A stretch of DNA of 64,000 nt from Promethearchaeota archaeon Loki_b32 (GTDB lineage Archaea; Asgardarchaeota; Lokiarchaeia; Sigyniarchaeales; SOKP01). Location of the stretch: assembly GCA_005223125.1 (NCBI GenBank), contig NJBH01000002.1, positions 160,001-224,000 of the forward strand. The letters run 5' to 3'. Positions 50,881-61,144 of this stretch are shown here, piece by piece. Numbering within the stretch: position 1 is the stretch's first letter; each line of letters starts with the position of its first letter. The position numbers and the translations under genes are program-made. The notes below the pieces were generated by a model. The model did no database searches and was not told where the DNA came from. It saw only the letters and a list, made by a program, of their open reading frames with translations.

Positions 50881-51669
50881 TTATTGAGTTTTAACACTCT
50901 TAAAAACGATTTGCCAATGAAATTGCCTTAAAAAATTGATTTTATATAAGGGTTTTTCAATAAAATTAAGAAATTTGTAAGCAACTCTAAAAATATTAGG
51001 ATTTTTCATAAAGCTCTGAATAACTCTTGCAAAAGGAGATAAAATGAAAAATTCACTATGTTCCATATTTCCAAAAATTTTTTGTGCGATCATTACATCT
51101 TTTATGAATAATGGATGTTCATGTTTTGTTCTTTTTTTTGGAGCAAAAATTTTCCTATTTAATTCAACGATAGGATTTTTCTTTAACGGCTCTATAAAGG
51201 TAATAAACCCTTTTTTTCTAAGCAAACGTTTACATTCTCGAGTAAATAATTCGATATCTGGTAAATGATGAATAATTCTAGATCCAACAATTATATCAAA
51301 TACGTTGTCTTCGAAATCTGGAACTTGTGCATTCATAACCATAAAATTCACTTTAAGATTTAAATCATTCCCCCTAGTTTTACATAAATCGATATGATTA
51401 TTTGAAAGATCGATACCTATTACATTGGCACCTTGTTGAGCCAAATATAGGGAGAGATCACCTCTTCCACATCCGACATCTAGGATTTTCTTGCCTTTAA
51501 CATTTCCTATCATTTTTTTAAATTTTACATTTACTAATCTGAAAAAACTCTGTTCCTCCAAGTTAATGATTTTACCCGGAAGGGGTTTCATTTTACTATA
51601 ATACTTTTTTTCATTTTTGAAAATGTGATTGTATTTAGAAAGGATTCTATCTCTCTCTTTATTATTCAT
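50881..51669 (-). CDS. class I SAM-dependent methyltransferase
   Basis: 'ILDVGCGRG', 'GIDLS', 'FDII', 'IHHL'. Confidence 0.9.
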   Translation of the reverse strand: MNNKERDRILSKYNHIFKNEKKYYSKMKPLPGKIINLEEQSFFRLVNVKFKKMIGNVKGKKILDVGCGRGDLSLYLAQQGANVIGIDLSNNHIDLCKTRGNDLNLKVNFMVMNAQVPDFEDNVFDIIVGSRIIHHLPDIELFTRECKRLLRKKGFITFIEPLKKNPIVELNRKIFAPKKRTKHEHPLFIKDVMIAQKIFGNMEHSEFFILSPFARVIQSFMKNPNIFRVAYKFLNFIEKPLYKINFLRQFHWQIVFKSVKTQ

Positions 51670-51865
51670 AAATATCGGATCTATTAGTATTTTTTAATTC
51701 TTATAATTAATTGTGAGTTTTTTATCTTACTATCCTATTTATTATGTTGAAAAGGCAATATTTAATTCCTTGAAATAAATATATTGAAATTGAAGCTGAT
51801 GAACGTGCTTTGGAAATTGACTTTAATTTGAATAAGTAAAATTTATTGAATAAAAAATCTCTATT

Positions 51866-52513
51866 TTATTCTATATATTTGTTGATATACCTCTGAACAT
51901 TGCTTTTTGGTTGATAAATTCCAAAATGGCCCTCACATAAAATATCTGCATTCAAATTTAAGAGTTTTCGTAAAGACCTTTGATAATCTTCAAAATTACT
52001 AACACCGGGGATAATGGGACCATGCAAATCCTGTCCAAATAGAATTTTTTTTTCTTCAATCTCCATTAGAATTGAGATTGATCCTGGGGTATGACCCGGA
52101 GTATGTAAACATTGAAACTCATAAATTCCAAAGTTCAATAATTCAAGAGTTCCTTTCAATTTTCTTTCAAGCTTAACTGGTTTATACTCAACACCATACC
52201 ATAAAGCTGCAGTTTCTTTATCATGTCCTTTCTCTTCTATTGCATTTGCATCTAATTCATGAGCGTAAAACTTTACTTTTTTATTAAAATCTTTAAGATC
52301 TGAACAAGCAGCTATGTGATCGATATGAAAATGTGTTATAATACAATGCTTGATATCCATCGGGTTCAATCCAATTTTACTTATTTTTTTTATCAAATTT
52401 AAACTCATTCCACAATCAATTAAAACAAGTCCATCTTCACTATGAGTATTTACTAAAAATACAGAACATCCAGAATCACCTACATGATATATATCCTTGA
52501 ATATTTCCTTCAT
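51866..52513 (-). CDS. MBL-fold metallo-hydrolase
   Basis: 'THFHIDH', 'HTPGHTPGS', 'D', 'EGH'. Confidence 0.9.
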   Translation of the reverse strand: MKEIFKDIYHVGDSGCSVFLVNTHSEDGLVLIDCGMSLNLIKKISKIGLNPMDIKHCIITHFHIDHIAACSDLKDFNKKVKFYAHELDANAIEEKGHDKETAALWYGVEYKPVKLERKLKGTLELLNFGIYEFQCLHTPGHTPGSISILMEIEEKKILFGQDLHGPIIPGVSNFEDYQRSLRKLLNLNADILCEGHFGIYQPKSNVQRYINKYIE

Positions 52514-52579
52514 TGGTATTGTTCCTCAAAATTATTCATTTAAATGAAAAAACGAAAAATATGATAATTAATATAAACT

Positions 52580-53383
52580 TTATTTTTTATTTAGATAATA
52601 CTTTCTATATAGAAGGATTGTTATTACAGCAGCAAACCCAGTTGAAAATAGGACATCAGAAGCATAATGAGCTCCAACAACAATGCGAGACAATGCTACA
52701 AATAGACCCCATCCAAGTATTAAAATAGAGCTTAGTATCTTAACAGCATCCGTATTCTTTCGATCTTTTACTATAATCAATAAAGGCAAAAACATCCATC
52801 CCATTGCGGTATGACCGCTAGGAAAGCTTTGGTTACCAGTGATCCCCTGTGGTAAAAACCAAGGAGTATAATCTACGAAACCAAGACTAAGATCTCTAAA
52901 CCGAACTCTTCCCCATAAAAGTTTAATTATTTGTACAAGTACTAACGGGTTGATAATTGCTAACAGCGAAATTATTCCTGCTAAAGTTCTATAGTTCTTC
53001 CAATCCTTATTCCACGTAATAATTACATAAAATATCAATGGAATAATTAAACACCATCCGGTATATAAATTGGTCTCATCACCTGCAAATATGATAAATA
53101 GGACTCCAACAATTACGGATATATAGGCAGGGATTTTTTGTAAATTTAAATTATTATTAAAACTTCCTAAGAAAGTTGATAACGCTATTGCTATTAATGC
53201 ATAACCAGGAACTTCACCATAATCTCTTCCGAAGATACCCCATTCTGAGCTATCATCCACAACAGCTTTTGATATCTCTAAATCTGTAAAACCAAAAACT
53301 AATGCTAATATAACCCATACTATGACTATAATTAATAATAATTTCTCCGTAAATGATTCTTTCAAATTTTCAAGCATTCTCAT
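52580..53383 (-). CDS. PAP2-family membrane phosphatase
   Basis: 'K...GRVR', 'SFPSGH', 'SRI..GAHY.SDV'. Confidence 0.92.
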   Translation of the reverse strand: MRMLENLKESFTEKLLLIIVIVWVILALVFGFTDLEISKAVVDDSSEWGIFGRDYGEVPGYALIAIALSTFLGSFNNNLNLQKIPAYISVIVGVLFIIFAGDETNLYTGWCLIIPLIFYVIITWNKDWKNYRTLAGIISLLAIINPLVLVQIIKLLWGRVRFRDLSLGFVDYTPWFLPQGITGNQSFPSGHTAMGWMFLPLLIIVKDRKNTDAVKILSSILILGWGLFVALSRIVVGAHYASDVLFSTGFAAVITILLYRKYYLNKK

Positions 53384-53457
53384 ACCTTTTTAGAGTTATT
53401 TGAATCAAAATTATTAAAAAGAGAACTTTTTAATAATGATCCTAATTAGTTCTTTTT

Positions 53458-54087
53458 TTATTTAAAATATTCCATTATAAAGTCAAATAGTATGTCTGGA
53501 TAATTTGTGTAAATTGCTTTTACTCGTTGATTATGATAGTTTAATTCTATAACTTTCTTCATACCCATTTTTGTATTAACTCCCCAAACGTAACAATTAA
53601 AGCCATTATCGATTATTATTTTAAATAAATCTTCAATATTTCTTGAAAATTTTAAGTTTATTATTTTGACATCTAATTCCTTTAATTTTTTAAAATTTTG
53701 AGTTTCATTTTTGATTATATTAATATTTCCTGTTAAAGTGTATATAAACTTAACTTTCTTGTTTTCATTCCTTAGTTGAGACAAAACTTTTAATCTACTG
53801 TCTGTAATTTCTATTTTATTTAGGAGAGAGAATTCTTTTGCGGTAATTAAAAGTTTCACGCCTACTTCTTTATTTGCAATATCAAAGCTAAACCTTACCT
53901 CATTTGAGCTATTCCTAAATGCTTGAAAGACCTCGTCAACCAACGGAATTTTTCTTCCATCTTTAAACTTGATTTTCTCAATCTCTTCGAAAGTTAATCT
54001 TCTTACAGAGATATATTTCTCGCCTATTTTGAATCCTCCATCGTGAAAACAAATTAACTTTTTGTCTTTAGTTGCTCGAATATCTGT
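53458..54087 (-). pseudogene. glycerophosphodiester phosphodiesterase, 5'-truncated half
   Basis: Frame reads TDIRATKDKKLICFHD...IPLVDEVF...FDI...YVWGVN...IYTNYPD; the HRG-containing N-terminus is 7.6 kb away at 61563-61840. Confidence 0.88.
53912..54087 (+). repeat. 176-bp direct repeat, left copy (GDPD internal segment)
   Basis: Aligns without gaps to 61563-61738; 12 mismatches by my count, only one of them in the first ~87 bp. Confidence 0.95.
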
Positions 54088-54090
54088 GTA

Positions 54091-54336
54091 TTGAAGAAAT
54101 ATTTTAAAAATCTAATTGATTTTTCTCAACTCGATAAAAAAACAATTCTCTATATTATAATCTTTATTACTTTAGTTGTATTTTCCGTTTTCTTGCTTTA
54201 TTATAATTATTTTGTTGATAGAACGTTTATCTATGTAATTGTTGCAAATTGGTTTGTAAATCCGATTTATGAATTACAAATCATTGGAATATTTCTTTTT
54301 ATAGGAATCATGACAATTCAAGTTCTATTCAAGTGA
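54091..54336 (+). pseudogene. internal fragment of a diverged TVP38/DedA gene
   Basis: 54091-54322 is collinear with 62006-62237 (about 45/77 identical aa by my count); lacks the N-terminus and C-terminal domain. Confidence 0.85.
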
Positions 54337-54399
54337 GAGGTTGGTGTTTTGGATCGGTTCTATAATGCTATTTTAATTTATTTGTCCTTATTATTATTC

Positions 54400-54891
54400 T
54401 CAAGGATTAAGATGTCCAAAACTGAGGATTAAGAAAATAATGAAAGGAATCATACTAAGAACTGTTATAGTTTGAGTTATTCTTAATAAACAAAAATATC
54501 TCTTCTGATAAATTAATAAATTATTATATTGCTGTTTATCATCTTCAATTAATTTTTTATCATCAAGATCAAATCTAAACTTCTTTGATTTTCTTGTAAT
54601 ATTTTCCCGATAATGCCAATTGGTTCTTTTTATTTGTTCTGTTTTTTTTGAAAATGCCCCGATACTTATAATTAAATTAAAAATGACTAAAATCATCAAA
54701 ATGATTATGCCTAATCCGATTAAAGATTGACCTTCTCTATTCAGAAAAGTAGCAAAATAAGAAACTGCCACACTGATAAACCCAGAAAATATTAAATGAA
54801 ATTCTAAATATTTTAATCTTGTTTCTTCATATACACGAGTAATTTTGTGCCCATATTCTATGAAATTTTTAAGTCTTTCTTCCTCTTCCAT
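54400..54891 (-). CDS. three-TM protein resembling Pycsar-type (DUF5706-like) membrane effectors
   Basis: Two TM segments, soluble loop, then 'QQYNNLL.YQKRYF.LL' followed by a terminal TM segment. Confidence 0.5.
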   Translation of the reverse strand: MEEEERLKNFIEYGHKITRVYEETRLKYLEFHLIFSGFISVAVSYFATFLNREGQSLIGLGIIILMILVIFNLIISIGAFSKKTEQIKRTNWHYRENITRKSKKFRFDLDDKKLIEDDKQQYNNLLIYQKRYFCLLRITQTITVLSMIPFIIFLILSFGHLNP

Positions 54892-55342
54892 AAAGCTAGT
54901 TAGTTTGTTGATTTAAAAAGACTAATTATTAATATTTAGATAAAAATATATTGAAGAAGAATAAATACTAAAAATCATAGAGAATTTATCGAGCCCAGAG
55001 AACATGGTTTCTAAAATAAGAGGAAATATATATGAGAGTATTTTTATCGATACCCAAAAATACCCGTTTTCAATAAATATAGCTTTTTTGATATGAAGAG
55101 ACCATTTTAGCAAGATTGGAAAAAGACTCAATTATTTTTATCGATTGGAGCACTCTTTCTGCTATTAATAGAATCCACTTAAGATTTTTTTGTTTTCATG
55201 ATAATTGAATTTTAATTTTTGTGATATTTCATTCGCTCTATGGATGATTACTAGAGGATGGAGGAGGGAGGTTATAGAATCCCCACACTAAGAAAGAAGA
55301 TAAGATAATTCAAAATAACAAATAATTCTTTTTTAGGGAGTA

Positions 55343-56401
55343 TTAAAGATTCAATAAAATGTTTAATATTGATTGAAAGTCTGTATAAACATTTTTAATC
55401 GATTTTTTATCTAAAGGACTTCTTTCTTTTACCAATTTTGAAATATGAATGTAATTTCTATAATCCTTTAAGACACTTTGAATTCTTTTCCAAGTTGCTC
55501 TGTGTTGTTGATTATAAATATCATTGGAACTTAATTGTGGATTCTGAAGAACTATTCTTAATTTTTCACTGAAATTTTCAATTAAATTCCCCTTCTTAAA
55601 AAACTCTTGTAGGTTATTAACTTCTACATAGTAATCAATGCAATATTCAATGATTGCCCCCATATTGATTGCGACATCAACCCAACGGTTTTGAATAATC
55701 CAAGAACTTAAATCATCATACAATTGTATAACACGATTTCTTCCGTCTTTATTTTCAATCTTATGAAATTTCTCAAAGAAAAAAACTTCAGTCAAAAACT
55801 TATAACCGTTTCCATTTAAGCAAAATGAGTTTGGATTATGGAAAGATAAACTTTTATTACCTAAACCAATTCCATTTATCCCCATAATATGTTTGTTGAC
55901 AAAATCAGATGTAAAGTATAACTTACTCCATTTTAAATTGTCTAATTCATAATTATAGTCATTTTTTATTATATCATTTATATCGGAAAATGGAATTTCC
56001 ACTTTCATGACTCTTGTATTACTACTATCAACAATGTATTTACTTAAATCATACTTAGAATTACCTAAGTCTCTTAAAAATCTTAGTAATTTGGATACTA
56101 AAAGAGTATACTCCCTCTTTTCACTAGGAATAATATAGGTTTTCTCATAATAAACGAGTCCTTCTCCAGTTATCTGTAAAAATGGAGGATTTCCAAAAAC
56201 CACATCTTTCCCCTCAAGAAAATTATCTTGACATAATAATTCTATAGCTATATTAAAATTTGAATTATCCTGAATATTAATAAAGACGTTATCCACATCA
56301 ATGTTATTTATCCTATTAGGCGGTTTGTTAATAAATCCCTTGTAAAGTGTTTCTAATATGAGTTTTTGATAAAATTCAACAGTATCATTTATATGCTCCA
56401 T
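55343..56401 (-). CDS. winged-helix-like N-terminus plus C-terminal HEPN-like domain
   Basis: 'LQITGEGLVYYE' and 'LNGNGYKFL' wing motifs; 'MGAIIE' and 'LKDYRNYIH'. Confidence 0.65.
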   Translation of the reverse strand: MEHINDTVEFYQKLILETLYKGFINKPPNRINNIDVDNVFINIQDNSNFNIAIELLCQDNFLEGKDVVFGNPPFLQITGEGLVYYEKTYIIPSEKREYTLLVSKLLRFLRDLGNSKYDLSKYIVDSSNTRVMKVEIPFSDINDIIKNDYNYELDNLKWSKLYFTSDFVNKHIMGINGIGLGNKSLSFHNPNSFCLNGNGYKFLTEVFFFEKFHKIENKDGRNRVIQLYDDLSSWIIQNRWVDVAINMGAIIEYCIDYYVEVNNLQEFFKKGNLIENFSEKLRIVLQNPQLSSNDIYNQQHRATWKRIQSVLKDYRNYIHISKLVKERSPLDKKSIKNVYTDFQSILNILLNL

Positions 56402-56430
56402 ATTTACTATTATAGTCTTTAAATAATGAC

Positions 56431-56491
56431 TCTTTATTTTTACAATAATGTGTATGTTATTATAAACTGCATTATTAATAAGCGAATAGAG
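56431..56491 (-). promoter_or_regulatory. 61-bp conserved upstream element, copy 1
   Basis: 53/61 identical to 61145-61205; lies 5' of the minus-strand gene starting at 56401; contains TATA-like TTTATAAT on the minus strand. Confidence 0.65.
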
Positions 56492-56576
56492 ATTAGTGGT
56501 TTGTTATTTATAAAGTTGGTTGGAGCAAAAATAGGATTGACAAAAATATAAAAGAATAATAATAATTTTATTATTT

Positions 56577-56843
56577 ATGGGTAAAAAAAATAAAAAGACA
56601 AAAGAAAATATCTCAAATCTCCCCTCTAAAGATGGAAACTATAATCTCTTTAATAGAAAAGAAGAGATTGTCTATACTGGGCAAGGAAATATAAAGGATA
56701 GAATCTCTGCTCATTCTAATGATCCAGATATGCCATTCACATCATATTCATACAATCTTGAACCTTCTGCTAGAAAACGGAATGAGATTGAAGAAAAGAG
56801 AATAAAACGTTATAAACCGCCTCTGAATAAACAAAAAAAATGA
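56577..56843 (+). CDS. stand-alone GIY-YIG nuclease domain protein
   Basis: 'LP...GNY.L......IVYTGQG.NIKDRI..H', 'E...I..YKPPLN'. Confidence 0.8.
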   Translation: MGKKNKKTKENISNLPSKDGNYNLFNRKEEIVYTGQGNIKDRISAHSNDPDMPFTSYSYNLEPSARKRNEIEEKRIKRYKPPLNKQKK

Positions 56844-56965
56844 TTTTAATAGATCTTAGTGTAAGAAAATAAAAATTCCCTATACCATTTCGCTCTCTAT
56901 TTATTTAAATATTTAAATTCTTTTTTATTTACTATAATGTTAACATTTTTTGGGTGAATTGAACA

Positions 56966-57874
56966 ATGCCAAATGCAAAATTTCTTGAGGAATATCAACT
57001 TTATAGAAAATTTGATTTTCCGATAAAAAGAGATACAAAGCTTTTACCTATTAGCCTTAATGAATTTCCAAAAGTTAATTTAAATATGTATTGCCCAAAT
57101 TGTAATAACATCCGAACTTTTAAATTTAATTATAAATACATTCATAAAAAAGAAAAAAATTTATTTATTAAAAACATAGATAATCATTTTCAGATAAAGT
57201 TCGACTTTTCAAAGACACAAAGACCTTCTTTTCCAGTTTTAGAAGAAAATGATATTGTTAATCTAAATTATATTTGTGCATCTTGTGAAGATTACTATCG
57301 GTTTTTTGCTATAAAAATGGGGAAGGGATTGAAAACTATTGAAAAAGTTGGACAATTCCCAGCATGGGATATAAGTATTGAAAAGAATCTAAAAAAGATA
57401 TTAAAGGGCTATTCTGAATATTATAAAAAAGGTAAAACCTGTGAATCTCAAAGTTATGGAATAGGTGCTTTTGCTTATTATAGGAGAATTATCGAAGATA
57501 TTATCGGAGAATTATTAGAATTAATTCCAGATTTAATGAATGGGGAAGAATTAGAGAAATATCGAGTAGCATTAGAGGAAGTAAGAAAAACTAATAATAC
57601 TACAAATAAAATCGCACTTGTAAAGGATTTATTACCGCCGATATTAAAACCAGAACAGTTTAATCCTTTAAAAACGATACACGATGTTTTGAGTACTGGT
57701 ATACACGGAAAAACAGATGAACAATGTTTAGAAGATGCAGAATCAATTAGAACATCATTAATATTTCTTGTAGATGCTATTTTGAGTCGAAAGAAGGGGC
57801 AACAAGAATATACGGAAAGCATGAAGAAAATTCTAGAGAAGCGAAGGAAGAAAATAAATAAAAATGAAAACTAA
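56966..57874 (+). CDS. zinc-ribbon + DUF4145/HEPN-like protein
   Basis: CPNC and CASC; 'KVGQFP', 'GIGAFAYYRRIIE', 'LSTGIH'; GGTGA SD. Confidence 0.7.
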   Translation: MPNAKFLEEYQLYRKFDFPIKRDTKLLPISLNEFPKVNLNMYCPNCNNIRTFKFNYKYIHKKEKNLFIKNIDNHFQIKFDFSKTQRPSFPVLEENDIVNLNYICASCEDYYRFFAIKMGKGLKTIEKVGQFPAWDISIEKNLKKILKGYSEYYKKGKTCESQSYGIGAFAYYRRIIEDIIGELLELIPDLMNGEELEKYRVALEEVRKTNNTTNKIALVKDLLPPILKPEQFNPLKTIHDVLSTGIHGKTDEQCLEDAESIRTSLIFLVDAILSRKKGQQEYTESMKKILEKRRKKINKNEN

Positions 57875-57996
57875 AAATATAATATAATAGTTGAAAAGGC
57901 GAAATCGAAAAGAAAAGATTAAGAACTTATGGATAAAGATGAATTTGAAAAGAAAAAATTCAGATAAAATAAAAAATCACACATGAAATAATAATA

Positions 57997-59079
57997 ATGA
58001 AAGAAATAATTCATTACGACAAGCGAAATGCTCTTAATTTACTGAATAGGCTTCTTAGAATATATCCTTTCTCGATTCAAACAACTGAAAGAAGTTATAA
58101 TTCTTATCGTTATCATTCTGAAAATCCTAATAATATGGCAAACTATTTCTGGTTTGATCATATTTTCAATGAATTAGATAAAAATGGATTTAATATAGGA
58201 TTAGCTCCTCATACACAATATGATATTGAAATTTACAATAAATTAATGGAAAGTATTATAATAAGAATAAAAATTTCTTTAAATAACATAAATAAAAAAC
58301 CGAAAGAAGAAGGTTATATTCTGAATTATGATTTCATATTTTTAAGAGTTCTTTTCAAATGTCTTTATGATTATCTTCATAATCTAAGAACATGGTTGAG
58401 AAATGAATATTTTGGGAAAACATACATACATATTCCATTTATTTATATTGCCATAAACGACTTTTCTGATGATTTTATTGAAAATAACCTCTCGACTCAA
58501 GAAGAATACTGTGAACTAGTAAACAGAATTTTAAGCTATTTTGGTTTCGATTTTATCTCTTTGGGGGCGGATGGAATTCTAAGATATTTTGGAACAACAC
58601 CTGAAGCGGAAGAAAAGAAAAAAGCGATTGCTTTATTACATAAAAAGCAATTCAAAAATGTTATTGAATATTTAGATACTTTTTATGATCATATTTATAA
58701 GAGAGATTATAATAATGCTCTAGCAGAAAGCAGAAATGTCTTAGAAAGTTTCTATAAAACATTGTTATTAAAACATAATATAACCGAAATTGAGAAACGG
58801 GGGAAATCTATAGGAACTGAAGATGGGGAGGTTAATCCCCTCGCAGAAACCATTAGAAAAAATGTTGATTCTATCTTTGAATTTCCAGAATATAGTAAAA
58901 ATATGGATAAGTCTGTGAAATCATTAATAGAATCGAGCAAAACTTTTATAAGTGGAATGGCAAATCCTGCAGGTTCACACGGTCAAGTGAAAAAGCCCAA
59001 AGTTAAATTTAAAGAAGTAAAAGCGGTAGAAAGTTTTTTAACATTATTATTTAATTGCTTATTACCATTTGAGAGATAA
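57997..59079 (+). CDS. protein with C-terminal Abi_C/HEPN-like domain
   Basis: 'DYNNALAESRNVLESFYK' and 'N..GSHG'. Confidence 0.6.
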   Translation: MKEIIHYDKRNALNLLNRLLRIYPFSIQTTERSYNSYRYHSENPNNMANYFWFDHIFNELDKNGFNIGLAPHTQYDIEIYNKLMESIIIRIKISLNNINKKPKEEGYILNYDFIFLRVLFKCLYDYLHNLRTWLRNEYFGKTYIHIPFIYIAINDFSDDFIENNLSTQEEYCELVNRILSYFGFDFISLGADGILRYFGTTPEAEEKKKAIALLHKKQFKNVIEYLDTFYDHIYKRDYNNALAESRNVLESFYKTLLLKHNITEIEKRGKSIGTEDGEVNPLAETIRKNVDSIFEFPEYSKNMDKSVKSLIESSKTFISGMANPAGSHGQVKKPKVKFKEVKAVESFLTLLFNCLLPFER

Positions 59080-59174
59080 TTCTGTTAATTTTTAAAAAGA
59101 ATATAAAAAAAAACTCCAATAAAAATTACATGTTCTTAGAATTGAAAGAAGTTCTTAAAAGAACATTTTAATTT

Positions 59175-59915
59175 CTATTTAAAGTTTCTAATAATCCTAT
59201 TAAAAACGCCTTTGGTTGAAATATACCAATCATAATCAATTTCTTCTTCTTTAATTTCTTTGGAAATATGGATATAATTACGAAATTGTCTCAAGTTATT
59301 TTGAATTAAATACCAACTATTTTTTTGCCCCAAGATATCATATTTAATTGCTGATTGAATATAATTACAGAAATGTTTCTTACCTGCTGGAATAATACTT
59401 CCATCTGGAGAGGTGTATGGTTCAGGTTCAATATTATTTTTGTTACAATATCTAACTAATAAGAATTCAATTATAGAGCCCATTGCAATCATACAATATT
59501 TATAATCGTAAATTTTTTTGAATATATATAAAGATTTTAAATTACTCTTCAAAATTTTTTTTTCATTCTCATTTTCAAAAAGATTCATACTAGATAAATT
59601 TTCAATAATTTCTTTTATACTTGAATCTTTACGAACAATTTTCCTATTGTTATCTTTATTCAATATTTTAAAGACAATTATGGGTATTAAGGAAAATATA
59701 AATATAGTGATTAAAATTAAAACAAATTCACTGGCAACATAAATATTAAATATTGGTGTAAAAAAGATTGATGACAAAAGGAAACTAAAAATAAATAGAA
59801 TACTAAATAAAAAAAGTAGTGTAGAAATTATAAATATGGGCAAAACATAATTATATTGATATAATCCTTTTAACAATTCTTTAAAAGATTTTTTCTTATC
59901 ATTCAATTCTATCAT
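59175..59915 (-). CDS. two-TM protein with C-terminal HEPN-like domain
   Basis: Two N-terminal hydrophobic helices; 'MGSIIE' and 'LRQFRNYIHISK'. Confidence 0.68.
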   Translation of the reverse strand: MIELNDKKKSFKELLKGLYQYNYVLPIFIISTLLFLFSILFIFSFLLSSIFFTPIFNIYVASEFVLILITIFIFSLIPIIVFKILNKDNNRKIVRKDSSIKEIIENLSSMNLFENENEKKILKSNLKSLYIFKKIYDYKYCMIAMGSIIEFLLVRYCNKNNIEPEPYTSPDGSIIPAGKKHFCNYIQSAIKYDILGQKNSWYLIQNNLRQFRNYIHISKEIKEEEIDYDWYISTKGVFNRIIRNFK

Positions 59916-59935
59916 TTTTTTATTGAACCTTTAAT

Positions 59936-60298
59936 TCAAACTCTCAATCCGCCTAAATGTTTTGTTCTAATATAAAGCCCACGTCTTGAACTATCTTTTT
60001 CATTACTTACGTGCCACAGACCATCATAATCAACTCTATATTCTGCAAAACAATTTTGACATTTCACATCAACATAATTTATTTTATCATGAAATAATAT
60101 AGCCCCCCCACATTCAGTACAAATTATCTTCTCTTTTAATAAAAGTAATCTATAACTTTCAATATGTTTTAAAATCCCGATGTTAATCATTCTATTAATT
60201 ACATCTAGAGTTGAATCTTTTGACCTACTCATATCAAAAACTTCAAATGAGGCTCTGGAAGGTTTATAGAATTGGATTTTTGGATCAAAATATCTCAT
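59936..60298 (-). CDS. zinc-ribbon protein
   Basis: CTECGG and CQNC. Confidence 0.6.
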   Translation of the reverse strand: MRYFDPKIQFYKPSRASFEVFDMSRSKDSTLDVINRMINIGILKHIESYRLLLLKEKIICTECGGAILFHDKINYVDVKCQNCFAEYRVDYDGLWHVSNEKDSSRRGLYIRTKHLGGLRV

Positions 60299-60319
60299 AA
60301 GTTCTATTGAATCTACAAT

Positions 60320-60607
60320 TTATATTTCTTTCTCTATCAATATCGTTTTAAATGTATTCGTCATCTGATCAACTTTTTTATTGTATTTATTAATCTCTAG
60401 CCAAAAACCGCCTTTCTCATAAACTTTTTTTAATATTTTTTCAAGTCCATTATAGAGAATTAAAACTCCTAATGTTGATAGAATTGTATATAAGATAATG
60501 ATTGGATTAAATGATTCTGTTAGGATGCTAAACATCCAAGCAAAAAAACCAGATAAGAAACCGCTAATTGTCCATTTAATTATATCATTTTTTTCTATGT
60601 TTGCCAT
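60320..60607 (-). CDS. small two-TM protein
   Basis: Two hydrophobic helices; AGG-type SD upstream. Confidence 0.6.
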   Translation of the reverse strand: MANIEKNDIIKWTISGFLSGFFAWMFSILTESFNPIIILYTILSTLGVLILYNGLEKILKKVYEKGGFWLEINKYNKKVDQMTNTFKTILIEKEI

Positions 60608-60692
60608 TTAAACCTTTCCTATGGTTATTTTTCTATTTATATAATCATTTCAAACGGGATTTAGTAAAAAAAATTTATATATCTCTAAATGT

Positions 60693-61124
60693 CTAAGAAG
60701 AAAAACCAAGTACTATAGCCAGAATAGATAAAATCAAAGAAACTCCTGAAATCACCATGGCAATAATGCCTAAAACTAAATTGAGTTTATGTTCTTTTAA
60801 TTCTTGCATTATAGAGAGATATATAGTTATATTCTTTAATAGATGATCTTTATTATTATGTACTGATTCTCTCCATTTTATATTTTGAGGTTTATAATCT
60901 GCTGTATCTGTTTCCTTCTTTTGGATATATTTTATTAATTTCATAAGATCTCTGTAACCCTTTCTTAATTCTCCCAGTTCACTAGGATAATCTGCTAGTA
61001 ACTCATAGAGACTTCTAGAGATTTCTAAATAAGCATCCGCTAATGTATGGAGATCTATTTTCTCCAATTCTAGGTATTTTTTTAAATTATCTGAAGGTTT
61101 AACAATTTCTAATTCTAAAGTCAT
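60693..61124 (-). CDS. helical protein with C-terminal TM anchor
   Basis: Ends 'LVLGIIAMVISGVSLILSILAIVLGFSS'. Confidence 0.65.
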   Translation of the reverse strand: MTLELEIVKPSDNLKKYLELEKIDLHTLADAYLEISRSLYELLADYPSELGELRKGYRDLMKLIKYIQKKETDTADYKPQNIKWRESVHNNKDHLLKNITIYLSIMQELKEHKLNLVLGIIAMVISGVSLILSILAIVLGFSS

Positions 61125-61144
61125 ATTGTTCTTTTAATTATAGT

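Noticed and set aside
54922-55200. 69-aa minus-strand ORF in the island
   Set aside because: All frames are interrupted nearby and no motif is recognisable; probably degraded sequence.
39454-56900. Short motif ttcgctctatg at 39454-39464 and 55232-55242 (variant near 56889), present in both inserts
   Set aside because: Only 11 bp with inconsistent spacing to genes; cannot be separated from chance without a genome-wide count.
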